Of a stretch of 64,000 nt of DNA, positions 21,326-33,078 are shown piece by piece. This stretch comes from Nemertoderma westbladi (Eukaryota > Animalia > Xenacoelomorpha). Made by a program: the position numbers and the translations under genes. Location of the stretch: positions 62,001 through 126,000 of the forward strand of contig JAUCBJ010006962.1 in NCBI GenBank assembly GCA_032718475.1. The letters run 5' to 3'. Under the pieces are notes generated by a model. It made no database searches. It had not been told where the DNA came from and saw nothing but the letters and a program-made list of their open reading frames with translations. The first letter of the stretch is position 1; every line of letters starts with the position of its first letter.

Positions 21326-21330
21326 TAGAA

Positions 21331-21845
21331 GGATAATTGAAGAGTTATCAAAAAAGAAAGACAGGCATCTGGCTGTTATGTTTGTTGACTTCTACAAGGC
21401 CTTTGATTCAGTCTCTCGCTCACGTATGTTCAGCATACTTTCATTATATGGGATTCCTGATGAAATTATTGCAGCAATCAGATCAGTATACGATGGTTCG
21501 ACAACATTTGTGTCTACTGAATACGTAAGGGAAAGGCATGGGCAGCCTTGAATAGGCTTTCCAGGATTTGGAAGTCACCGAGAATTAATCGGAAACTTAA
21601 GGTCCGATAATTTAGAGCAGCAGTAGTTCCAGTACTCCTCCATGGGAGTCCATGCTGGGCTCTAACTGCTGAGGACACCAAATCTCTGGATGGCTCATTC
21701 ACAACAATGCTACGCCGGGTTCATTGTGTCAAGTACAATGCACACATCTCCAACCAGACACTATATAAGATTGGAGGTGTCTCATTGGTTCCCCCAAGCT
21801 TGACACTAGAACAAAATCGCCTCCGATTTGCAGGACATTTGCTTT
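21331..21845 (+). mobile_element. RTE LINE continuation (RT, internally deleted)
   Basis: VMFVDFYKAFDS, YGIPDEII, then a jump to GKAWAALNRL...RLRFAGH. Matches the minus copy at 33079-33812. Confidence 0.85.
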
Positions 21846-23098
21846 TTGAATGGAGAAAGCTTTTCCTTGAGCTGATCAAAAATCTTTCAAAGATCATTTA
21901 TAGAACACAAATGTGTACAGTGAGATGGAATAACGTTTTGTCATTTGATTTTTCTATTACTAATGGAGTTAGGCAAGGGTCGGTTATTTCACCGGTCCTG
22001 TTCTGTGTTGTTTTAAATGTGCTGATTTCACGGCTCAGACAGGCAAAAATAGGTTGTTATATTGGTGCTCAGTTTTATGATTGTCCGTCCTTTGCGGACG
22101 ATATGTTTCTATTGTGCCCGTCCGTAATTGGCCTACAATACATGATTAATATTTGCAAAGATTTTTCTAAAGAGTATAAATTACAGATTAGTACTGATAT
22201 TGATCCGAAAAAAAGTAAAACTAAATGTATCCCGTTCCAGAACACATGGAAGCCGCCTAGTGTGAATATTTCAGTAAATAACGTTACACTACCATGGGTT
22301 GAGAAAGGGCTACATTTAGGAATTCTGCTTAATTTTACGTGTAGTGTCAATATAGATATACAGCGTAAGAGAGGTGCATTTATAGGAAAATTGGCAAATT
22401 TAAGGCAGGAATTTTCATTCGCTCACCCGGGGTGCTTGTCTAACATTCAACGTACTTATGCGATAAGTTTTTAGATTTCTTAGATAGTTTTTTTTATGCC
22501 GTAGAATATACACCGCTTGGAATACGAATGTGCGCTACATTTATCATCTACCGTATAACAGCCATAGGTTCATAGTAGAAGATATTGTTAATTTTCCCCA
22601 CCCTAAGGTTATGCTCAGTAAACGTTTAGTTAAATTTGCAACTAGTGTTTTGACTTCTGATAAATTGTGTATAAGATTTCTGGCAAATTTAGTATTTTAT
22701 GATTGTAGATGTAGAAGTGGTGCGAACTTGCGTAACATAGGGAATGAGTGTGGTATAAATGATCTACGTAAAATATCAGTAGGTGACCTTTCTAATTTAC
22801 GATATGTGCCTTCTCCACCTGATAGTTACTGGCGAGTTAAATTGTGTAAAGAAATTATTGATTGCTATTTCGATGAGACTACAGTACCAGATTTCTCATC
22901 TGAAGAACTAATTGAAATTTTGAAATATGTATCGTCGTTCTAGATATTTTCTAGTGTCTTAATACTTATTTGTGTTTTTCCTTGTTTTTTTTGTGCAACT
23001 TACATATTAGTTAATTACTTAAATTTACTTTACATTACTGTGCGGTACTAATATATATATATATGATATATTATGTATGAATATACAACATTAATTAA
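21846..23098 (+). mobile_element. 5'-truncated non-LTR retrotransposon of a second family nested in the RTE
   Basis: RT motifs NGVRQGSVISPVLF and SFADDMFLL, with an AT-rich tail. Apparent TSD TTGCTTT (21839-21845, 23099-23105). Confidence 0.8.
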
Positions 23099-23105
23099 TT
23101 GCTTT

Positions 23106-23346
23106 CGCCGTGAGGACCAGCCAGTGCATAATCTTGTACTTTGGCAGCCTCATGGAGTGAATAAGCATGGTGGACAGCCCATGACTTTCTAGAGACGCAT
23201 CTTAAAGGACAGTGGCCTTGAAGATGCGGATAATCTAGCAAATGTCATGGGTGATAGGGAGTTGTGGCGGTGCAATTTTGTCGATAAGCCGGCACAGCAT
23301 TCCTAAAAATGCAGCTGCAATGCAGCATGCCGATCCTAGTAGTAGT
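23106..23346 (+). mobile_element. RTE LINE 3' end with (TAG)n tail
   Basis: Resumes CFRREDQPVHNLVLWQPH and ends in tagtagtagt, as does the minus copy (actactacta at ~33079). Confidence 0.8.
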
Positions 23347-24584
23347 GCGCAGCAAAGTCTAGATCAGTAAGGACTTTGCTGGATTTCCTCGACTTCTTGT
23401 GTCAGTGCCAGTAGTGGGTGTTAACATCACCTACAATACACTTACACATTAATTTATTTTCTTCCGGCAGTTTAGAATTATCCAGATTGGTTTTGAAACG
23501 TTGCTTTAATATGAGAATTTCACTATGACTCCTTTCATTATCTTTTCATAAGATAGAAATAACCAAAATGATCGCATAATTAACATTTGTATATTAAATT
23601 TTCCTACGCGGTTAGAATTCACTCAAGGGAATTATTTATGTGGGTTTAAGTTACTCTGAGCAGCCTATCATTATAGTGAATTTTAATTGTTTTGCATTTA
23701 ACAATTGTTAATTATTAATCCGACACATTGTTTCACTAATTAATTTCACCAATTTACAACCCAAATTAAATTTGCTACAGTTTGAGTTTGAGTTTTATGT
23801 ATTGTATTTTAGTACTGTATATCTCAACAATAGACTAAACGAGGAAATATTCTAATAACGATTGTCTGCCTATGTGTAAGGTTTTCCATTTCACCATTCA
23901 TATTCGTTTCAGTCTGGGAATAAATTTCGGTTTGCTTAAGTTTCATTACAGTAATTATCAATGTGCAGTTAAGAAACCATTATACGTTTCCATGACAAAA
24001 CACAGTTATCGGGTTAGGACTTTGTATAGAGTACTTTCAAACGAAAGTAATAAGTTGGGACTTTAGCGCTCCCGGAGTTTATGCAAACGGTTTTATTATT
24101 AATTATTGATAAGTGTGAAATTGGCTATTCGCGAAACTGAGGGGTATTCGCAATCAATATTCAGCGAGTTAGAATATTATGGTATTTTCATCAGTCTTAC
24201 AATCATTTTGCACTTAGTACAAATTGAATATAAGTGTGATTGACTAATTAACGAAAATTAAAATAACACGAGAGAAAGTAAAAAAAACTAATTGATAATA
24301 GGTAAAAAAAATTAAAATATAGCAGACAATAAAAGTCAGAAAAACCGACGTACCGGTAATGAGTTATTTAAACGAACTTTCATATTTTACAGATTTATAA
24401 CTGATGTTACACGAATATTGATTGGATTGTATTATTTTTCCTGTAAATATTGTGAATTGATAAAATTGAAACAATAACTATTTTCATCATTGTGTGAAAA
24501 GTTTCACATAAACAGTATTTATGTACCGAGCGAGCGCGGCGGGGATGTTTACATAAATATACACGAAGTGGGGACTTCGCGCAG

Positions 24585-25055
24585 CACGAAGTTGGCAGAG
24601 CCTTAGCGAATTGACACTGTTAGGGGGTAGGTCAATTTATGCAAATAGACACGTTGGCCCTCTAGCGGCAGACTGGAGAACTGCAGATGGATTCGCCTCC
24701 TTTGAAAGTCACAGCTAATGGTCTAATACATATCTGCCAAGTTTCAGCTTAAACGGATTAAAAGCAAAGAAATGGGAGGCCATTTAATGTTTAGACATGT
24801 GGCCCTCTAGCGGGAGACCATTGCACTGATGGTGTCTGAAAGTCTCTCAAAAATCTCAACTTTTGCTCATATTGATACCTACAAATTTTCAACTTGGCAG
24901 CTTTAAATCCGACAAAGTTATTAGCATGTCAAAATCGTAACGACGACGACGACGACAACGACGACGACGACGACAACGACGACGACAACGACGACGACGA
25001 CAACTATTTGCCACAACTAACAGTGTCAATTCGCTAAGGCTCCGCCAACTTCGTG
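24585..25055. mobile_element. Non-autonomous element with ~39-bp (sub)terminal inverted repeats and a (GAC/AAC)n microsatellite (HINE/MITE-like)
   Basis: CACGAAGTTGGCAGAGCCTTAGCGAATTGACACTGTTAG at 24585-24623 is inverted at 25017-25055. Microsatellite at ~24940-25004. Confidence 0.7.
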
Positions 25056-25855
25056 GCTCGCCCCACAAGGGTCATTCATTCATAAGTACCCTTTTCACAA
25101 AATGATGTTGGCCATTTTGTTAAATTATGTCAATTTAACGACATTCTGAATGCTTAATTATTAGCGTTAATATTGTAATGACTATGAAATGTCTATTGTC
25201 TGTAATATTGTTTAGGATATTTAATAAAACTCATATCCTTTTCATGCAACTAATTGCAGTTGGTACATCAACTAAATAATCTAACACTTAGCCTACAATC
25301 AATGGCTATCAAGTTGTTAATTTTCTTAAAAATAACTCACGTTTAGGTAGCCTATAATGCACTAATTATTGCAATTTACCTGCTATAAAAGGCAACTTTG
25401 GGGAATAAAAATACGCATTACTCTACATAAAAACAATAGAGTTTTCTCTTATAACCATAAAATTGTTTGACTAATAATTTCACAAATTTAGAACCTCAAT
25501 TTGGGGTATCTCAACAATTGAGACAGGGGGGAAACTCGACGCAAAACCTGCCTTGGCGAATTAATATCCCGCCTCGATGTTAAATTCTCAATTTATGGAA
25601 AGGAGCAGGTTACAGTGGCACGTTATTTTAACCAAAACAATAAACTAAACACAATAGAACATGTTACAGTTTTATTTTTGAGAGTTATCAGCTGTTATTT
25701 GCGTCGAATTTCCCCTGGAGAGATTAATTTTTATTGCGCCGAGTTTCCCCCCCTATCTTCAACAATTGGACCATGGAGGAATTTTGAAATAACAATTGTC
25801 AATGTCTAGGTTTTCCATTTCACGGCAATCACTCACTACTAGTATAGAGTACTTT

Positions 25856-26345
25856 AGATACTAGACGCCGTAGACAACGTCGTCAACCCCGATTGTGACA
25901 TCAGGTTGGGAGGCCTGTCCGGCTTCCGCCGCCGTGCAGCGGCGTTGCTTCTCTCCAACGGGTGTCATCAGACTCTTTGCAGCAGTCCCAACTGTTGGAA
26001 AGCGGATGATGGTTGCATCTGCTTGCTGTGCAACAATCCGGCTGACACTAAATTGCACTTCAAATCTTGCCCTGGCATTCCCCCATGCGCGACTAACCTT
26101 CGATGCGCTCTTTTCCTTCTCACCCTGGGTCTCCCCAAATAATTATTTTTTATCACTGTTTGCCATATTTTAATCGCCTTATATTTTTCTGCCAAGCTGT
26201 ACATTTAAATTATATGAATTCATACGTAGGCTACTTACTGTATTGTATATTATTATCTTACTCGTATGAGTGTTACCATGTTATCCATTTGTATTATTAT
26301 TTAACTAATATTCCGTATGTTATGGGATTAAAAATAAATATATTC
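25856..26345 (+). mobile_element. Short 5'-truncated LINE insertion
   Basis: 12-bp TSD ATAGAGTACTTT (25844-25855, 26346-26357), C-terminal zinc-finger-like CLLCNNPADTKLHFKSC and an AATAAA-containing tail. The paralogous site at ~24027 is empty. Confidence 0.6.
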
Positions 26346-27364
26346 ATAGAGTACTTTCAAAGGCATCTAAAAGGAAAGTAATAAGTTAGGACTTTAGCAC
26401 TCCCGGAGTTTATGCAAACGCTTTTATTATTAGGTAATAAATGTGAAATAGGCTATTCGCGAAAAGGAGGGGTATTCGCAATCAATATTCAGCGTATTAG
26501 CGTATTAGGGTATATGCGGTCTTATAATCATTTAACACTTGGTAGTTGGTACAAATGGAATGTAAGTGTAAGAAGTGTGTTTGTAAGTTAGCATTATGGC
26601 CATTCGAAACTCGAGTGTTTAAGTGTGTTTGAAAAGAACCAATTCCCATAATGCCGCTAAGGGGGGCCAAGTTTTTCATACACATGACACACTGGACTGC
26701 AAAAGTGGCAAAATGCTAATTGTTGGAAATGGTCTAAAAAACGTTTTGACAAAGTTTCAGCAAGGACCACGAGTTAGCACTTTGAGATAGCACTTACTGT
26801 AAATAATTGAGATAGATATGTGAACTTGGGGTAAGTTATGTGACTACACCGATGATATGCGGTTTCAAGATTACGTTTAATCGGGTATTATAATCAATCA
26901 TAAATGATCGATGTTTCCCCCCCCCCCTAACACACTGACAACGTATTGCAATGTGTTACTTACTATACTGTAGCGGGTACAAATGATAACTTCATATATA
27001 AATTACATAAATTATATTTTATTATTAATTAATTATTGATACTAAATTAAATAAGTTATACATTAGGTATAAATTAATATTCTAAAAGACCACTAGGTAG
27101 GTCGACCTTCCTTTATCAGTTCCATTTGTTTGTTCCTACAATATTGTTGGATAGGGCTTCCTAAGTGGAAAAATATTTATAGTTCCGGTAGTAAAACTAT
27201 AGAATTTTTATAGTAACAACTATTACAAAATAATATGTTGTTTCTTAATAAAACGAATCGTAATATAATTTATTTAGTCTATTCTTCCTTGAGGGAAAGA
27301 AGAAGTTCAGGTAATTAATCAGATCGAGAGAATAGAGACTTTCCTTCCTTCGATAAACAACAGT

Positions 27365-29205
27365 TTACTGATTCTCCACGCTGTGCTGGTTGCGTTTATG
27401 GGTCGATAGATGAGATGTTTGGGAGAAAGATTTACCACAAGTATCACAGATGTAGGGTTTATCTCCTGTGTGGATACGTTGGTGGGTTGTTAGATAGGAA
27501 CTTGTGGTGAATGATTTACTACAGACGTTACAACTGTAGGGTTTATCTCCAGTGTGAGTACGATTGTGTTTTATTAGAGAACCGTTCTCTGAGAAAGCTT
27601 TGTTGCACATAATACATTGGAACGGTTTCTCGCCAGAGTGAGTGCGTCGGTGGGTTGTTAGATGGGACTGTCGGCTGAAAGCTTTACTACATGTAGAGCA
27701 GCTGAACGGTTTCTCCCCAGAGTGAGTGCGTTGGTGACGTGTTAGATTGGACTGTTGGCTGAAACCTTTACTACATGTAGAGCAGCTGAACGGTTTCTCA
27801 CCAGAGTGAACCCGTTCGTGCTCCATTAGTTGGGATTTACATCCAAACACTTTCCCACAAGAACTACAACCCAAACTATCAACTGGTTTATCTGAACTGG
27901 AACGTTTCTTGGGACCACTGGGAACGTTGGAACCCGAACCTGTTGGAGTAGAACCGGGTTCATTGTGTTTCCGTTTTAAATGGGAAACGAGAAAAGATTC
28001 CACGGTGTAGACGATGTCGCAATGTTCGCAAGGGAATTTAGGTAAACTCTTATCGTGAACTAAATCTAATCTTCTTCTCTCAGCACATCCACCTCGACTA
28101 CTTTGGTGTCTAAGAATTGCCTCCTGATTATCGGACCGGTAACTTCCACACACGGTACACAGAATCATCCCGTCTTCCAAAACTCTCATCCCCAATTTCT
28201 TATTCTTCGGTTGTTTGGTAATTAATCCCAATTCCTCCGCGTATTCCGTTCCGTACCAAACAAGGAGTTCCGTACCGGCTGCAACTGGTTTACAGACCCG
28301 ATAATACATATCCTCTCTGAACTGGAAAGCACAAACTGTTTGTTCCTCCTCCCATTTGGCGCAGTTTACGAAGCGCATCCAATTAGACTTGTACTCCCAT
28401 CTCCCGCTGACAGTAAAGAATTTACCCACACCGTCCAACATCAACCAGCTGTAACCGTCAGACTTGCCGGGTTTAGGTTTACCAGGTTTCCTCTCTCCGC
28501 CATAAGGGCCAAATAATGTTCCCGGATTCAATTCGACCTTTGTAAACACTCCTTTATTATGAATCGGAGATTTCTTTATCTCCAAACACGAGGGAATTGT
28601 TCTGCTGCCCCGGTTCCTTCCTCCGCGAGTGGTTTCGGTATTCGGTACGAAGTTAAACTCGCCGTGTACCGGACACTGTAAGTCACTATATTCCTCGCCG
28701 CAATGGTCGCAGAAAATAAAGTTGTTGAATGATTTTATTGGGCAGTTGCGGTTGGCGTAATCGACCTCCTTTCTGGGACGTAAACCACATCGGGGTGCGA
28801 AAGGAGCCGACGATTTAGGAGAGACTATGACATTTAAATCCGACTCAACTGTAGAAGAACCCGAAATCTCTTCAACTATTTCTTCTCCCTCGGCTACTGA
28901 GGCCGGACTTCCCCCACTAGAAGTCCATCCCGCTCCCGAACCAACGCGTCCCAAACTGTTAGCGAGTTTATCGTTAACCGATTCCTCGGCACTCGGTACA
29001 GATGGACCAACAGTATCCGAGTGTCTACCGGAACTGACGTCATCCAACAGATCGATCGCTGTATCAGATCGATTCACATCGGGAATACATTCCAGCTGTT
29101 CTTTTATTTCCTCGATGGAATCAGTTGTAACGATAAACGATGGCGAATTAACACCTCCTGTTTCCCTGATAATATCGGTCGGAGATAAAGTTACTAAGTT
29201 CCCTT
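27365..29205 (-). CDS. PRDM9: PRDM9-like gene, exon 2: SSXRD-like motif, Zn knuckle, PR/SET domain, C2H2 fingers
   Basis: GLRPRKEVDY, FCDHCGEEYSDLQCPVHG, FGPYGG, SNWMRFVNCA, MYYRVC, ELLVWYGTEY. One or two isolated fingers are followed by six tandem C2H2 fingers with TGEKP-type linkers. AG acceptor at 29207-29206. Confidence 0.85.
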
Positions 29206-31925
29206 CTGTGGCTGAAAGCGGCCATGTTTAATTAGTTACTAATTTTATAGAAGTTTTAATTGGTTATTAATAAATATTGTAATATGTTCAATTCTTATTC
29301 ATAGATATATTGATTGATTGAATGAATATTAGCATATCTCGAGATATGCACGTTATTTTTTGGAACTTATTTATGATGCAAAATATACCAAATCTCTAGA
29401 AGTTTAAAACTTGGTATTATCATGCCGTGTTAATAAAAGTTAGTGTAATCGCCCACTCTGAGCAAGCAGGTAGTTTCATTTAGGCTATTAACCCTAGCTG
29501 TCCCGGGCTAATTGACTACCCGGTACGTAGGCTACTGTAATTGGCCCGGGGGGGGGGGGTCATTTTAGACAATTGTTAAATCTTTGTCTCAAAAATTCCA
29601 ATTTTGAAGGTATAAGGGTTTTCAAGATCGTTGATCACGATAATGCTAAAAATATTTTCTGGCGATTCAACCATCATTGTTAGTGCTTTGGTCCCCCAGG
29701 ATGAAAAGTACAAGTTAATAAATGTCAAACTAAAAAATGTTGTGTTTGGTTTGATAATTCTGAACGTATACGGGTTTTCGAGGTCGTTAATCACGAAAAA
29801 ACTAGTTATAAATATTGCTTGTAAATGAAAACCAAATTTTGGTGCCATTCTGGTGCTCCCGAACGAAAAGTACAAGTAGTAAAAAATAGCAAAATGCCTT
29901 TGGTTTGGCAATTCTGAAGCTATACAGGTGTTCAAGGTCGCTGATCACGATAGAACTCGTTAAAAATCATTCGAGGTAACGCAACAATCGTTTTGTTGAA
30001 TTTCTCCAAATTAAATTCATATCGAGAAAAATCATTTTGAAATTACCAATTGAGGGAAAGGAACAGTTTATATAGGTTGTACTTTCTAACAAAAATAATA
30101 AACAAATATCATTAAAAATTAATAAAAATGAGTCTAGGTTACAGTGTCAGCATACTACAATATATAAATTAGGGGTGTGCCGGATATCCGGCCGGATTTT
30201 GAGAAAAAATCCGCTTCCGGCTCCGGCTCCGACCGGATTTCAATTTTTTCGCCGGATTTCAATTTCAACGAATTGTTGCCAAAATTTACAATTAATGTAA
30301 ATTTTCAAAAAAAAACATCAAACTAAGTTTTACTTTAAATTAAAACAAATTTAAACATAAACAAATACAATGTAATACAAATTAATTATTTTAATAGTTG
30401 CATCATATTCATTCATATTATGAATGATAAAGTCTGTAGCAGAGCTATTATTTTATGACTATCTACTCGCTGAGCTGACTGACTACTTTTTACCAAGAAT
30501 ATTTGTATTTGGTTGGGCTCAGCCTCACTAACACTTAATATATAATAAATAGTACATGTATGGCCATATACTAATTAAGCTTACCACCGTGAATGACCAG
30601 TTTATATATTCGACAGGCAATTTAGAAACTAGTAAATCCAATTTAAATCAGAGAGTATATACAAAAACTACACCTATTATTTATTATTATTCGTTCTATT
30701 TTTCAATTTGCACTTTATTTATCAAATCAATCCATTATATCAAATCGGCGTAGGTTATGGTACAAAAATATTAGTTTATCTCCACGATTCGGAAGTAGAC
30801 GAGAGCGTTTCTCATCAAATACATTACCAACCTCTACAAATATTCACTCGGAATAAATTGAAGATGCTGGTGATACTAAATATATGTACAAGTGTTTGTA
30901 AATTAGGAAATGATCCCTTATTTGCAGCCAACCAACGTAAAACGCTCTTCTCGTCCCGTTTAGTTGGGATAATTGACATATACTTACTAATCTACTTCTG
31001 AATTCATAATATTATTAAAGTCAAAGTCCTTATCATGACCTTGCTGATAATGATCCAGCAAGTTATCTATCGATGCAGGACCTAACGCCAAAAGGACCAA
31101 ATGACGTGGTATCCTCCCTCCCTCCAGTTCTGTTCATGCATAAAGGATTCATGCATAGCTGATTCAAGGAAAAAAGTGGTGAGATATAAAAAAAATCCGG
31201 CTTAGCCGGAATTCCGGCAGAATGTTTACTACAAATCCGGCTCCGGCCTGGCCGGTTTGAAAATAGTCAATCCGGCACATCCCTAATATAAATGAATGAA
31301 CATTTATAAATATAAACATTTGTATGGTTAATGAATAATCAATGACATTGAATGAATAAAGTTCCCGTAAAATATAGGGAGAAACATCATATTTGGTGCG
31401 GGAAGTATCGTTTTTGGTTGAAAGTGAATTAAATTTGGGTATAGAAATAATTATATTTTGGGTGCCGGTTTGAGTAATTTAATTATTTTTGGGATCGCAG
31501 AGATATTTAAATTGGGGGATGTTAATTGTTGGGGCTATTAAAGAACATTAACAAACACAACGGGAAATAATAGCAGCAAACGATATGGCAGAAATTGTGG
31601 AAGGGGGAGTTTACCAATTAATTATGCTAAATTAATTAATAAATGCTGAAGGTAATTAATTACCGATCCGGAAATATAATAGATAAATAACTGTTTGAAC
31701 TATTACCGGTATGTATTGCTTTTTTACACAATATATAGCGGGAAAAAATGTTTAAGAAGATTCCGTCCTACTGTGATCGGCCATGACATTTCCCCAATAA
31801 TTTTCCCTCAATAAATACTAGCGCGATTCTGTAACGAGTAAAATTTATGTTGAGATAAATAATATATCTCGGTGAAATATATAAAAACTAAATTATTTAA
31901 TTACTATGGCCGTTTTCAACCACCG
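29206..31925 (-). mobile_element. TIR DNA element forming the PRDM9-like intron (introner-like)
   Basis: Minus-strand ends CG|GTGGTTGAAAACGGCCAT ... ATGGCCGCTTTCAGCCACAG| are inverted repeats. Splicing 31923-29206 joins the two exons in frame. Confidence 0.75.
30170..31285. mobile_element. hAT-type MITE nested in the intron
   Basis: TIR TAGGGGTGTGCCGGAT / ATCCGGCACATCCCTA, 8-bp TSD ATATAAAT (30162-30169, 31286-31293) and subterminal CCGG repeats. Confidence 0.85.
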
Positions 31926-32485
31926 TGATTCTCTTCAGTGATAGACTCTGTTTCATTCACGTCTTTCATGTGAAAATCGAAACTTCCTTCTGCGCTCAGA
32001 TAACTGCCACTTCCCTCGCTACGCTCGATGCTGTCGCTGTACCATTCATACGGACCTGGCGGAGAATCCGTCGCTTTCCTTCTGTAATAAGGAAGTACCA
32101 GATCCGAGTTGGTACAGGCCACGGATTCCTTGTCTGAATCATCCTCACAAACATCGACAATAATATCCTCAAATATGGAGTGATCCATAGAGAGTGATCC
32201 ATCTTCTTCTTCGTCTTCAACTATAACATCCATCGATTCGTCGTCGATACCAACTATCTTATCTTCAGGAATAACTTCCCGCCCAGACACTCTATTAGTC
32301 TTTTCCTTCATAAAATCTGGGGGTTCTATTGGCTTGGCTCTGAGTTCGTTAAAACCTAAAGACGTCAGCATCTCGAATTGTTCCTTCAAGGCCAAAGATC
32401 GACGCCTATCAAAGATGCTCATTAACTCCCATTCGTTGTCGGTGAAATAGTGACGGATGGAATCGAACTCGGAATCCATTGACAT
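31924..32485 (-). CDS. PRDM9: PRDM9-like gene, exon 1: ancestral KRAB domain + acidic linker
   Basis: FDSIRHYFTDNEWELMSIFDRRRSLALKEQFEMLTSLGF...PPDFM resembles the PRDM9/SSX KRAB. A GT donor at 31923 gives a predicted 800-aa spliced product. Confidence 0.8.
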
Positions 32486-32654
32486 CTCGAAGAGTTAATA
32501 TATGATATAAAGTGATTTAAAAATACAATATACTATTACAATACAGTTAGAAATTTTGTTATTCTAGAAGTAGAACATAAACTGCAAAACGAATATAATG
32601 TATTCAGTGATACAGTAGGTACTGCAGTAGCTTGCTAAATTAAGCTATTCTATA

Positions 32655-32802
32655 CGGTGGCTGAAAGCGGACAAAATAATTCACTTGGCACTACATTTTT
32701 TAATTATTATTTTGATCAAATTTTTTTTCTTGAATTTCAACACAGGTTGAAATTCAAATATCATTGTTGATCAAAATGAAAATTGACCGCTTTCAGCCAC
32801 AG
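32655..32802 (+). mobile_element. 148-bp MITE, sibling of the intron-forming element
   Basis: TA|CGGTGGCTGAAAGCGG...CCGCTTTCAGCCACAG|TA; the TA TSD is Tc1/mariner-like. Confidence 0.8.
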
Positions 32803-33078
32803 TAAATTGTAGGATAGGTGTCATACGGGTCTGGTCTGGACGGTGTCTGTCGGTCTGTAAGTAGGTCGACAACTTCACTGACGTCACCTACAACATAAAG
32901 TTTATTTTTATTTTACTGTGTAATACACTTTATTTTACTTTAATATCTGTACAATATATTTTCCGTAATTTTTCCTCTATTTTAAACAACAACAGAACAA
33001 ATACAGAAATGTTGATTGCATTTGTACCGTTATGTAGTCATTTGAATATAGGATCAGGTGACAAAGTCAGGTGGGATA

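Noticed and set aside
21707-22474. 255-aa ORF as a single gene
   Set aside because: It is a chance in-frame fusion of the RTE and the nested LINE across the insertion junction at ~21845.
27094-32870. TA(G/A)GTAGGTCGAC direct repeat flanking the PRDM9-like gene as a retrocopy TSD
   Set aside because: The match is short and imperfect with no adjacent poly(A) remnant; it may be chance.
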